The notes under the pieces are model-generated. The model worked only from the letters and a program-made list of their open reading frames with translations, did not search any database and was not told the origin of the DNA. Positions 9,832 to 19,300 of a DNA stretch of 64,000 bases are shown one piece after another. The translations under genes and the position numbers were made by a program. The stretch is taken from positions 1,024,001 to 1,088,000 of the forward strand of contig OY761158.1 in NCBI GenBank assembly GCA_963664405.1, in the 5' to 3' direction. The stretch's first letter is position 1, and the number at the start of each line of letters is the position of its first letter. The DNA is from Thermoanaerobaculia bacterium. Lineage in GTDB: Bacteria > Acidobacteriota > Thermoanaerobaculia > Multivoradales > Multivoraceae.

Positions 9832-10268
9832 TTCGGAAACTGCTTGAACATCTTCTTGACCGCCCGGCTCGCAATCTTCTGCTGCTTGTTGACGATCTGA
9901 GTTCCGATGCTCCCTTCGGCCTTGCCCCGCCAAACCACTTCTCGAGTCGCGCCGGCGAGGACGTCGACACTGAATATGCCACTATCGACAAACCGATCTT
10001 TCTCGACATTGATCTCGATATAGCAATCGGCGTCGCCGGCTACTCGTTCGTAGCCCCTACCCCTCATCTGCCTCTCGACTTCGGCGCGAACAGCTCCTTC
10101 AACCTGCACATTGGCCGCGGGGTTCCCTTCCCTCGACCAACTCCAGCTTCGGTAGCCGGCAATATCGGCACCGCCGAAGAACTCGACATCGATGAACAGA
10201 GCCGCGGCGGGGGCGGCCAGCAGCGCTAGCGCAAGAAGTGCGGTTAGGTGACGCCTCTTCAGATTCAT
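9819..10268 (-). CDS. DUF4136-like secreted protein
   Basis: Signal peptide; Y.SWSW, M..RGYE, VWRG.A.G, AV.KM.KQFP C-terminus. Confidence 0.65.
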   Translation of the reverse strand: MNLKRRHLTALLALALLAAPAAALFIDVEFFGGADIAGYRSWSWSREGNPAANVQVEGAVRAEVERQMRGRGYERVAGDADCYIEINVEKDRFVDSGIFSVDVLAGATREVVWRGKAEGSIGTQIVNKQQKIASRAVKKMFKQFPKRRK

Positions 10269-10339
10269 TGGGGCCTTCCGACTGCCTATCAGCATAGCTC
10301 CCAACGAGAGCCGAAGACAAATGATCAGGCTTCGGTATA

Positions 10340-11659
10340 GTGACTCTCGAGATGAGACTCGAAGAACGACAGGAGGGCGGTTTTCGAACCCCCATTGCCG
10401 TCGCGCTTGGATTGACCGCGTTGGCGCTGTCAGCGGCTGCCCAGGACTTCGAGACCCCGCCGGTCTTGCGCGCGCAAGACCTGGTGGATGAGGAGCTGCT
10501 GAGCGGCCCCCATCATGTTGTCGACGAGGAGGTCGCCAACGACGGGCGGATGAACCACTTCTTCCTCCGCTCCGACTTCGGCGACTTCGTGGCGGAAAGC
10601 GAGCCCATGCTGGGGGTCCGGGTGCAGGAGATGTACGCGATCGCCGAGCTCCAGGAGATCTCCCGCACCAAGGCCTTCGCCGACGCCATGAGAAGTGCGG
10701 CCATACAGCCGGTGAAGGCGGTCGGTCAGGTGGCGACCCACCCGGTAAATACGGTCAAAGGCCTGCCGTCCGGCATCAATCGGAAGTTCCGGGGGCTCGC
10801 CTACAAGGGCCGCAAGGCCACCCACAAGGTCCAAGAGGAGATCAAGCAGGAGGCCGACGAGGATCAGGAAGAGGACGAGACCGGCGAGGAAGGAGGGGCC
10901 TCCAAGGCGGCGGAGACGAGCGATCAGGTGACCGACGTCGCCAAGAGTGTGATGGGCTTCGACTCGGCCCGCCGCGATCTGGCGCGCCGACTCCAGGTCG
11001 ACCCTTACAGCACCAACCAGGTCCTCCAGCAGGAGCTCACACGCCTGGCCCAGGCCGCTTTCGCCGGCGGGCTGTCATTCCGCGCCGTAACGCCGCCCAC
11101 GACCGTGCTGAATGTCACCGGCGACATCAATGATCTGGTCTGGACGCTGTCGCCCACGGAGCTCGAGCGCAGGAACAACCTCGCCCTGACGGAGATGGGG
11201 GTCGAGAAGGCCCTTCGCCTCGAGTTCTTCGCCAACAAGGCCTACACCCCCACCTTGGAGACCGTGATCGTGCAGGCGCTTGGCGGGCTCGCAGAAGCAC
11301 GGAACCGCTCCCTCTTCGTCGAAATCGCCAACCGAGCCGAGACCGTGAGGGACGCTCGCTTCTTCGTCGGCGGGGTGCGCATCCTGGAGGCCTACGACGA
11401 CCGGGTGGCTCCGATCACTGAGATCGTGCTGGCCGGCAATGAGGAGTTCGGATCGTTGATCGTCGGCCTCACCTCGACGGGCCAAGCCATCGTTCCCGGT
11501 GCCGTGGACTACCTCATCTGGCAGGAGGGGATGGGCGTCGGCACCCTCGATGCCTACGAAAAGAAGACGGTTTGGCTACGGGGCCGGATCTCGCCTCGAG
11601 CTCGCACAGAGCTCGAGGCCAGAGGCTGGGAGATCGAGACCCGGGTCCTCGAAGGGTGA
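10340..11659 (+). CDS. Conserved hypothetical secreted protein
   Basis: 439 aa ORF with high-GC codon bias and signal peptide (ALSAAAQ). Confidence 0.7.
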   Translation: MTLEMRLEERQEGGFRTPIAVALGLTALALSAAAQDFETPPVLRAQDLVDEELLSGPHHVVDEEVANDGRMNHFFLRSDFGDFVAESEPMLGVRVQEMYAIAELQEISRTKAFADAMRSAAIQPVKAVGQVATHPVNTVKGLPSGINRKFRGLAYKGRKATHKVQEEIKQEADEDQEEDETGEEGGASKAAETSDQVTDVAKSVMGFDSARRDLARRLQVDPYSTNQVLQQELTRLAQAAFAGGLSFRAVTPPTTVLNVTGDINDLVWTLSPTELERRNNLALTEMGVEKALRLEFFANKAYTPTLETVIVQALGGLAEARNRSLFVEIANRAETVRDARFFVGGVRILEAYDDRVAPITEIVLAGNEEFGSLIVGLTSTGQAIVPGAVDYLIWQEGMGVGTLDAYEKKTVWLRGRISPRARTELEARGWEIETRVLEG

Positions 11660-11942
11660 GGACATCCTGCGCATTGAGCCGACCCCCCTGCGCCTGGCTG
11701 CACTCGTCTTCGGGCTGAGCCTTCCCGGCGCGACGCTCGCCGCCCAGGAGTCGCCGCCCGGGGCTACAACGGCCGTCGGTGACGAGATCGACGCCAGCAC
11801 TCGGCGCGAAGTGGTGAAACGCTCCACGAACCTGGGCGACGACGAACCGGGGGATCTGAGCATGGACAGCCTCAAGCTGTCCCTGGCTTTCGGTTGGAAC
11901 AAGCTGATCGAGCGCATGGGACGAATCGGGGGAGAGGGCTGA
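11660..11942 (+). CDS. Small hypothetical exported protein or gene fragment (start uncertain)
   Basis: Signal-like LRLAALVFGLSLPGATLAAQ; no clear ATG. Confidence 0.3.
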
Positions 11943-12103
11943 TCATGGCCTTGGGTTTACTATTCGGCCAACCGATGAGATCCTCAAGGAGAACCTCGAG
12001 TAGCTGTCGGGCGAGATGTGGCGAAAGCCGACACGAATAGACTGACTTTTCGGATAGATGCCACTTCCGAGGGCGAAACCGTCAACAACACACTGGGAAA
12101 ACG

Positions 12104-12874
12104 ATGAAGAACTGCCACCCTCTGCCGATTCGCGCAGCCCTGTTCGTGCTCAAAGCCTCCCTCGCCCTCTCCCTCTCGGGAGCTGGTGCCGTCCACGCCC
12201 AGGACGATGGCTGGAATTGGGATCTGGCCTTATACCTCTGGCCCAGTAACATCACCATCGACGCCGGCGACGACCGCACCTCGGTCGACTTCAAGGATCT
12301 CGTCGACAAGCTCGAGAGCGCCTTCGCGGCGCATTTCGAGGGTCGCCGTGGTAAAGGCGGTTTCCTCGTCGACGTGATGCTGGTTTCCGTTGCCGACGAC
12401 GCGTTGACCGAGGGTCATCCGGACCTGCCGGACGGCTCCCTGGTCGAGCTCGATGTCGACCAAGGTCTGTACGAGGTCGGCGGCTTCTACCGCCCCGGCG
12501 GGCAGGAGGACGGCTTCGACGTCCTCGCCGGAGTGCGGCTGCTGCAGCTAGATGACGCCCTCACAGTGACACTGCCGATAGGGGCCTCTGACACCGAGAA
12601 GTCAGACTCCAGTTTCACGGACGGCTTCATCGGCGTCCGCTACAGCGATCGCTTGAGCAACCGGCTCGGCTACCAGATTCGGATCGATTTCGCGAGCGGT
12701 GACACCGATTCGACTTGGAACACCGTCGCCGGGCTCACGGTGGGGGTCGGCAAGAAGGGCAACAAGAATCTGATCTTCGGCTACAGGCGGCTCGACTTCG
12801 ATCTCAAAGATCAGGAGGTCGAGAGCCAGCTCGAGATGAGCGGCCCATTCTTTGCCTTCAACGTCGGATTCTGA
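12104..12874 (+). CDS. Putative outer-membrane beta-barrel protein
   Basis: Signal peptide, W.W.LALYLW start, amphipathic strands, GYR..DFD, terminal Phe. Confidence 0.7.
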   Translation: MKNCHPLPIRAALFVLKASLALSLSGAGAVHAQDDGWNWDLALYLWPSNITIDAGDDRTSVDFKDLVDKLESAFAAHFEGRRGKGGFLVDVMLVSVADDALTEGHPDLPDGSLVELDVDQGLYEVGGFYRPGGQEDGFDVLAGVRLLQLDDALTVTLPIGASDTEKSDSSFTDGFIGVRYSDRLSNRLGYQIRIDFASGDTDSTWNTVAGLTVGVGKKGNKNLIFGYRRLDFDLKDQEVESQLEMSGPFFAFNVGF

Positions 12875-13579
12875 TCGTTGGTACTCAGGATGAAGCCGTG
12901 CTGTGCTGGATACCGAAAAGGCCGCAAAGAACCGCATCGGCGAGGGTGTCGCATTGTTTGGCAAATGACGACACGAGTAGCCGGAGCCTGATGAGCCTCC
13001 GGAGCTGAGTTGGCACCTTTTCTAGTGGATTGCGACAGCTATCCAGACCTGGCTATGAGTCTGGGTCCGCTGGGCGGTAGACTCGCGCCAGACTATGGCG
13101 CTAGAAGCAGGCACTCGTCTCGGCCACTACGAAGTGGTCTCCTCGCGCGGTTCGAGAGGTATGGGAGAGGTCTAAGAGTGCCCGCCTCGCCTTCGCTGCC
13201 GCAGAACGTCGTCACAGCGTTCAAGTGGCTGCTTTGGTGGTTTGTTTGGGCATTGGCGAACTACTTTGGCTATGGTCTGGGCTTCGCTGTTGCGAGGGCC
13301 ACCGCGTAGTCCGTCGGCGGGGATGTGGGACGGATGGTAGGGGACTTGGGGCCGCTACACGTCAGCCCTCATGGGAACGCCGTGCTCGGGTTTCTAGCAT
13401 TCGTGATCGTCTTCGTCATCATGGCCGTTGCTCGCGTTCCTGTTCTGGTTCTATTTGTTGATGCACCCATCGGTGGGGCTCGACCCCGGAGTGCTTGCCG
13501 AAGAAGTTCTCTTCTTCGACAGCGGTCACCCCTCCTTCAGAGGTCCATGCTGACGGCATGAGATTCGTCCGTCAACCCC

Positions 13580-14158
13580 CTAGCGTGACGGGAACTTCGC
13601 CAGAATTCGATTCGCCGCCTTGCGCACCTTCTTCCATATCCGCTCGGTGTCGAGTCGGCCGCCGATGGTGAGCGCATCTCCCCCTCCCCAGAAGGGCTCT
13701 TCCTCTCCTGGCTCATGCATGCGGATCACCAGCACGCCCTGAGATGTCCAATCCGGCACCCCGGGTCCAGGACCGATGCCCACCCAGACAACGTTCTCGG
13801 TCACCACCTCGCGCACACCGCCGATCATGTTCAGACTGTCGGAGAGCGCACCATCGAAGGTGATCATGAAGTCGGGATTCTCGGTATCCCTCTCGAAGCC
13901 CTTCTTCGCCAGCCCCTCGACGATGAGCGCCCGCAGTCGCGGGTAGAGGACCGACGCGTAGGCCCCTTCTGTGATCCGAGACTCGTGAAGAAAGAAGTCG
14001 TAGGTGTGGATCTGTTGGTAGTCGAACCCCTCCTGCTCGAGGACACGGACCTTGGCCGCCTCGGCCACCGGGGCGAACAGAAAAAGAACAGCTGCGCCAA
14101 GAACGAGAGAGCTTGCGCTCTTGAGGCACGAGAGTACTGTGGGTGTGGCCTCGCGCAT
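13580..14158 (-). CDS. DUF4136 domain protein (paralog A)
   Basis: Signal peptide; TYDF, L.KKGF, PDF.I, G.LVI.M, IL.KFP. Confidence 0.75.
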   Translation of the reverse strand: MREATPTVLSCLKSASSLVLGAAVLFLFAPVAEAAKVRVLEQEGFDYQQIHTYDFFLHESRITEGAYASVLYPRLRALIVEGLAKKGFERDTENPDFMITFDGALSDSLNMIGGVREVVTENVVWVGIGPGPGVPDWTSQGVLVIRMHEPGEEEPFWGGGDALTIGGRLDTERIWKKVRKAANRILAKFPSR

Positions 14159-14278
14159 GGGGTTCGGTGTGGACGCCTGGTCACGCCGGGTGAGACTCTA
14201 GCAGGCCTGGCGCGTGCTACGCTTCTCCCTAACAAGTACTTCTTGTCGGCTGGTTCAGACGGGGGAGGGAAAGGCATC

Positions 14279-15382
14279 TTGACGAGCCTACGAGTTCCAC
14301 TAGCACTGCCCGCCTATCGTAGAGCTCTGGCGCTGCTCATCGCGGTCACTACCGTAGTCGTCTTTGCGAGCGGGTGTAGCGAAGAGGCGCCTCCACCGGA
14401 GCCGTCGTTTCGGCCGATCAAGACCCTGACCATCGGCGGCACCGCCAGTGGTGGCATACGGGAGTACCCCGGCACCATCGCGGCGGCGCAGAACGCGGAG
14501 CTCTCTTTCGGGGTAGCCGCACGCCTAGAGGCTTTCGACGTCAAAGAAGGTCAGGAGGTCGAAGCCGGAGCGATACTCGCCCGCCTCGATGACCGCGACT
14601 ACCAGGCCCGTCTCGACTCGGCGCGGGCGGATCTCACCAACGCCAAGACCGAGCACGAGCGCTACCAGAAGCTCTTTGAAGAGGGCGTCGTCCCCGCTTC
14701 CGAGCGTGATACGCGCAAGACCGCCTACGAAGTCTCCGAGGCCCGCTTCAGAGAAGCGGAGAAAGCTTCCGAAGAGACGATCCTCCGCGCCCCGTTCGCG
14801 GGAACCGTAGCCAAGCGTCTGGTCGACGACTTCGAGAACGTCCTGGCGAAGCAAGCGATCCTCATCCTCCAGGATGACAAAGGCCTCGAGATCAAGGTCA
14901 ACATCCCCGAGCGCGACGCCGCCCGCGGCCGCGCCGATGCGGAAGAGATGCAGCAACGCCTGCGGCCACGGGTAGTGGTGACGTCCCTGCCGGACCGCGA
15001 GTTGCCGGCCCGGATCAAAGAGTTCTCGACCACGGCCGACCCGGCGACGCGCACTTTCGAGGCTACCTTGACCTTCGATCCGCCCGAGGACGTTCGCGTC
15101 CTCTCCGGCATGACCGCCAAGGTAGTGATCGACGCCCTGGTCGAAGTCGAGGAGGGTCTGACCATTCCATCCGGTGCCGCGCTGGCGGACGAGAGCGGCT
15201 CTGCCTACGTCTGGCTGGTCGAGCCCGGCGCGATGACGATCAGCCGCCGCCAGGTAGAGCTAGGCGAGCTGACCGGCTCTGAGGTGTCGATCTTGGGCGG
15301 CCTCGATTCCGGCGACGAGATCGCGATCTCGGGAATGCACCAGCTGCGCGAAGGTATGGCGGTCCGGCGCCTGGGCGAATGA
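14279..15382 (+). CDS. RND efflux periplasmic adaptor subunit (MFP), lipoprotein
   Basis: TTG start after GGAGGG; SGC lipobox; V.EG..V..G..LA.LD, LRAPFAG.V, D..TRTF, GMTA. Confidence 0.88.
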   Translation: MTSLRVPLALPAYRRALALLIAVTTVVVFASGCSEEAPPPEPSFRPIKTLTIGGTASGGIREYPGTIAAAQNAELSFGVAARLEAFDVKEGQEVEAGAILARLDDRDYQARLDSARADLTNAKTEHERYQKLFEEGVVPASERDTRKTAYEVSEARFREAEKASEETILRAPFAGTVAKRLVDDFENVLAKQAILILQDDKGLEIKVNIPERDAARGRADAEEMQQRLRPRVVVTSLPDRELPARIKEFSTTADPATRTFEATLTFDPPEDVRVLSGMTAKVVIDALVEVEEGLTIPSGAALADESGSAYVWLVEPGAMTISRRQVELGELTGSEVSILGGLDSGDEIAISGMHQLREGMAVRRLGE

Positions 15383-15389
15383 TCCGCCG

Positions 15390-18300
15390 ATGAATCTGGC
15401 CGAGGCCTCGATCCGCAACCGCACCGTCACCCTCGTGCTGACGGTGGTGATGCTTGGCGGCGGCATCGTCTCGTATCAGGGCTTATCCCGCCTCGAGGAC
15501 CCCGAATTCACCATCAAAGAGGCCCTGGTCGTCACGCCCTACCCCGGCGCCGCTGCCACCGAGGTCGAGGAGGAAGTGAGCGACGCGCTCGAGATCGCGG
15601 TCCAGAAGATGGGACAGCTCAAGGAGGTGGAGTCGAAGTCGGACCGCGGCCTCTCCACACTCACGGTCCGGATCAAGGATCACTTCGGCAGGGACGATCT
15701 CCCCCAGGTCTGGGACGAGCTCAGACGCAAGGTCGGAGACGCCCAGAAGGACCTGCCGCCCGGGGCCGGGCCGTCGATCGTGGTCGACGACTTCGGCGAT
15801 GTCTACGGCATCTTCATCGCCATCTACGGCGCCGAGTACAGCTACGCCGAGATCAAGGATTTCGCCAAGCTGCTGCGCCGTGAGCTACTCCTGGTCCAGG
15901 ACGTGGCGAAGATCGACTTCTGGGGAGAGCGCACCGAGGCGGTCTACGTCGAGCCCTCTCGAGAACGGATGTCACAGCTCGGCATCCAGCCCGGAGCCAT
16001 CGCCGACGCCCTCCGGCGCAAGAACATCGTCACCGACTCGGGACGGGTCCGGGTCGGCTCCGAGTTCATCGCCATCCAGCCTACTGGGACCTTCAGCGAA
16101 GTAGAAGACTTCGGTTCGCTCCTGATCCGCGGCGGAGATCCAACCGCGCAGCTCTACCTGCGTGACGTTGCCGAAATACGTCGCGGCTACGTGGAGCCTC
16201 AGGACAGGATTCTGCGCTACGACGGCAATGTGGCTATCGGCCTTGGAATCTCGACGATCTCGGGCGGCAACGTCGTCAGGATGGGCGCGCTGGCGCGCCA
16301 GCGCTTGGTCGAGCTGCAAGAACAATGGCCTCTCGGTATCGAGGTCGGCGTTATCTCCCTCCAATCCGAGGCGGTGGCGATCGCCATCTCCAGCTTCCTC
16401 GTCAGCCTGCTGGAGGCGGTGGCGATCGTGATCGTAGTGCTCCTTCTCTTCATGGGGCTGCGCAGCGGACTCTTGATCGGCTTCGTCTTGGCGCTCACCA
16501 TCTGCGGCACCTTCATCTTCATGGCCCCGTGGAATGTGGCCTTGGAGCGTATTTCTCTCGGCGCCCTCATCATCGCCCTCGGCATGCTTGTCGACAACGC
16601 CATCGTGGTGGTCGACGGAATGCTCATCGGCATCAAGAAGGGCAAGACCGCTAAAGACGCCGCAATCGACGTCGTCGCCCAGACCTCGATACCGCTCCTC
16701 GGAGCTACCGCGGTGGCGGTGATGGCGTTCGGCGCCATCGGCCTCTCCAACGACAGCACCGGCGAGTTCTGCCGCTCGCTCTTCCAGGTGGTCTTCATCT
16801 CGCTCTCGCTTTCCTGGGTCACTGCTGTGACCGTAACGCCGGTGCTTGGGGTGATGTTCCTCAAGGTACCCGAGGGAGGCGACGACTCCGCGGAGGAGGA
16901 GGACCCCTACCGCGGATTGATCTACACCGCTTATAGCGGTTTCTTGCGGGCGTGCATTCGCGCGCGATGGCTCACCGTGGGCGTCGTTCTCGCAATCTTC
17001 GTGGCTTCGCTGTGGGGATTCGGCTTCGTCAAGCAGAGCTTCTTCCCCGACTCGACGCGTCCCCAGTACCTACTCGACTTCTGGCTGCCCCAGGGCACCC
17101 ACATCAACGAGACGATGCGCGTCGCAGGCGAGATCGAGGACACTCTTCTGGCCCAAGACTCGACCACCCATGTGAGCACGCTGGTCGGCGCCGGTGGTAT
17201 GCGCTTCCTTCTCACCTACGCTCCCGAGAAGCTGAACAGTGCCTATGCCCAGTTTCTCGTCGACGTCGACGACTACCGCGAGATCCCGAGGCTGATCGAC
17301 GAGATCGAGAAGAGCATCGCCGAGCGCTACCCTGATGCCCAGGCCTACGGCAAGCAGTTCTTGCTCGGCCCCGGGGGAGGAGGCAAGATCCAAGCCCGTT
17401 GGAGCGGACCCGAAGCCGACCAGCTGCGCCATCTCGCCGCGGAGACCGAGCGCATTCTGGCCGAGGACGGCGGAGCCAAGGCGGTGCGCACCGACTGGCG
17501 CCAGCGCGTCAAGCTGATGCAGCCGGTGCTCGCAGAAGCGGAGGCCAACCGAGCTGGCATCACTCGGCCGGACGTGGCGTCCGCGATCAAGGCGGGCTTT
17601 CAAGGGGAGGCGTTCGGGGTCTTTCGCGACGGAGACGAGCTGCTGCCCATCATCCTGCGGGCCCCTGAAGAAGAGCGCTCCGATGTCGGAAGCATCCAGA
17701 ACTTACAGATCTGGAGCCCTGGCGCAGGGCGCATGATCCCTCTGCGACAGGTGGTCTCCGGTTTCGAGACCGGCTTCGAGGACGAGATCATCTGGCGCCT
17801 CAACCGCAAACGCACCATCACCACCCACGCCGATCAGGCCTACGGCCAGGCGAGCCAGCTGCTGGCGCGGGTCCAGGCCGAGATCGAGGGGATCGAGCGT
17901 CCGGCGGGGTACGAGTTGGCGTGGTGGGGCGAGTACAGAGACTCGCGGCGGGCCCAGGGCGGGATCGTTGCCAGTCTTCCTCTCTTCGTCCTCGCAATGG
18001 TGTTGATCGTCATCACTCTCTTCGGCGGTCTCCGCCAGCCTGCGGCGATCTTTCTCACCGTGCCTCTGGCCCTCATCGGTGTCACCGCGGGGCTCCTCGC
18101 GACCGACCAGCCTTTCGGTTTCATGGCCCTCTTGGGCTTTCTCTCCTTGACCGGGATGTTGATCAAGAACGCCATCGTCCTGATCGACGAGATCGAGCTC
18201 CAGAAGCGAGAGGGCAAGGGGCCTCTCGCCGCGATTCTCGACTCGGGGGTGAGCCGTCTGCGGCCGGTCTCGATGGCGGCGCTGACCACCGCTCTCGGCA

Positions 18301-18461
18301 TGATCCCGCTTCTCTTCGACGCCTTCTTCGTAGCGATGGCGGTCACGATCATCGTCGGGCTGGTGGTAGCAACGGTGCTGACGATGGTGGTGGTTCCGGT
18401 GCTCTATGCGATTCTTTTCCGGGTGCCCTCTGGGGAGGAAGAAGTAAGAAGTATTCAGTAA
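15390..18461 (+). CDS. RND efflux permease (AcrB/AcrD/AcrF family)
   Basis: 1023 aa; EDPEFT, DDFGDV, GMLVDNAIVV, FFP.S.R, GMLIKNAIVL, SRLRPV. Confidence 0.93.
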   Translation: MNLAEASIRNRTVTLVLTVVMLGGGIVSYQGLSRLEDPEFTIKEALVVTPYPGAAATEVEEEVSDALEIAVQKMGQLKEVESKSDRGLSTLTVRIKDHFGRDDLPQVWDELRRKVGDAQKDLPPGAGPSIVVDDFGDVYGIFIAIYGAEYSYAEIKDFAKLLRRELLLVQDVAKIDFWGERTEAVYVEPSRERMSQLGIQPGAIADALRRKNIVTDSGRVRVGSEFIAIQPTGTFSEVEDFGSLLIRGGDPTAQLYLRDVAEIRRGYVEPQDRILRYDGNVAIGLGISTISGGNVVRMGALARQRLVELQEQWPLGIEVGVISLQSEAVAIAISSFLVSLLEAVAIVIVVLLLFMGLRSGLLIGFVLALTICGTFIFMAPWNVALERISLGALIIALGMLVDNAIVVVDGMLIGIKKGKTAKDAAIDVVAQTSIPLLGATAVAVMAFGAIGLSNDSTGEFCRSLFQVVFISLSLSWVTAVTVTPVLGVMFLKVPEGGDDSAEEEDPYRGLIYTAYSGFLRACIRARWLTVGVVLAIFVASLWGFGFVKQSFFPDSTRPQYLLDFWLPQGTHINETMRVAGEIEDTLLAQDSTTHVSTLVGAGGMRFLLTYAPEKLNSAYAQFLVDVDDYREIPRLIDEIEKSIAERYPDAQAYGKQFLLGPGGGGKIQARWSGPEADQLRHLAAETERILAEDGGAKAVRTDWRQRVKLMQPVLAEAEANRAGITRPDVASAIKAGFQGEAFGVFRDGDELLPIILRAPEEERSDVGSIQNLQIWSPGAGRMIPLRQVVSGFETGFEDEIIWRLNRKRTITTHADQAYGQASQLLARVQAEIEGIERPAGYELAWWGEYRDSRRAQGGIVASLPLFVLAMVLIVITLFGGLRQPAAIFLTVPLALIGVTAGLLATDQPFGFMALLGFLSLTGMLIKNAIVLIDEIELQKREGKGPLAAILDSGVSRLRPVSMAALTTALGMIPLLFDAFFVAMAVTIIVGLVVATVLTMVVVPVLYAILFRVPSGEEEVRSIQ

Positions 18462-18519
18462 ACAGTTAGTCAGTAACCTACAGAACACTGATTACTGTTT
18501 ACTGTTTACTGATTCCTCT
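18438..18519. repeat. Heptamer tract locus 5 (hairpin-forming)
   Basis: gaagtaagaagtattcagtaaacagttagtcagt ... actgattactgtttactgtttactgattc. Confidence 0.8.
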
Positions 18520-18537
18520 TCGGCGCGGGGCAACAAA

Positions 18538-19236
18538 ATGACCAACGACAACTCCGGCCTCCCGGCAGACCGACTCTGGCAACCCACCACTGCGAAGTGG
18601 TTCGGGGTGGTGTTTGGAGTCTCGCTTCTCTACGCAATCGTCCGCTACCACCTCGCCGGCGATGTCGAGTGGCGCCACTTCCCGCTCTTCATCTTCAACA
18701 AAGCCACGTCGCTGGCCGCGGTCGTGTTCGTGGCCTCTTCGTATCTCGTCGGCCACCTCATTCGTTGGCACGACCATGACAAAGCGTTGAGGCTGGTGGT
18801 GATCAAGTTCTGCGGGTTGATCGGCTTCTTCCTGGCCGGGGTCCATGCTTTCTTTTCGTTGGCCCTCCTCAGCCCCGCTTACTATGCCAAGTACTTCGAC
18901 GACGGCGGACGTTTGAATCTGCAGGGCGAGCTGGCGTTGTCCGCCGGTGTCCTTGCTCTGTTCCTTCTGCTCGGGCCGGCGGTCACCACACTTCCGATGA
19001 TGCCGAAAGCCCTAGGCGGCCAGCGCTGGAAACGCAACCAGAGGTTAGGCTACGCTGCGCTGGTCCTTGTAGTCGTTCACCTTGTGGTGCTCGGCGTCAA
19101 GGGTTGGTTGGCGCCGAAGGGTTGGAACGGCGGGCTGCCTCCGATCAGTCTGATCGCCGTCGTTGCGGCACTGGTTCCCCTTGTCGTCAAGCACAGGCGG
19201 GTTCGCAAGATGCAAGAACGGAGCAGCGGGGAGTGA
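18538..19236 (+). CDS. Ferric reductase-like (STEAP/MsrQ-like) transmembrane protein
   Basis: About six TM helices; P...NK, GL.GF..A.VH...SL, W...Q.LGY.AL....H putative heme ligands. Confidence 0.65.
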   Translation: MTNDNSGLPADRLWQPTTAKWFGVVFGVSLLYAIVRYHLAGDVEWRHFPLFIFNKATSLAAVVFVASSYLVGHLIRWHDHDKALRLVVIKFCGLIGFFLAGVHAFFSLALLSPAYYAKYFDDGGRLNLQGELALSAGVLALFLLLGPAVTTLPMMPKALGGQRWKRNQRLGYAALVLVVVHLVVLGVKGWLAPKGWNGGLPPISLIAVVAALVPLVVKHRRVRKMQERSSGE

Positions 19237-19262
19237 AGAAGTAAGCAGTAAGCTGTAAGCAG
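19233..19262 (+). repeat. Heptamer tract locus 6
   Basis: gtgaagaagtaagcagtaagctgtaagcag. Confidence 0.7.
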
Positions 19263-19300
19263 AAAAGACGTCGAAAAACCAGATAGGGAGCTTCACTAGA

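Noticed and set aside
13010-13561. Short ORFs of 78-99 aa with hydrophobic segments
   Set aside because: Atypical codon usage and no recognisable family; may be decayed sequence and cannot be supported
13715-14278. N-terminal extension of the 555 aa MFP ORF
   Set aside because: It is antisense to DUF4136; the RBS, TTG at 14279 and lipobox define a better start
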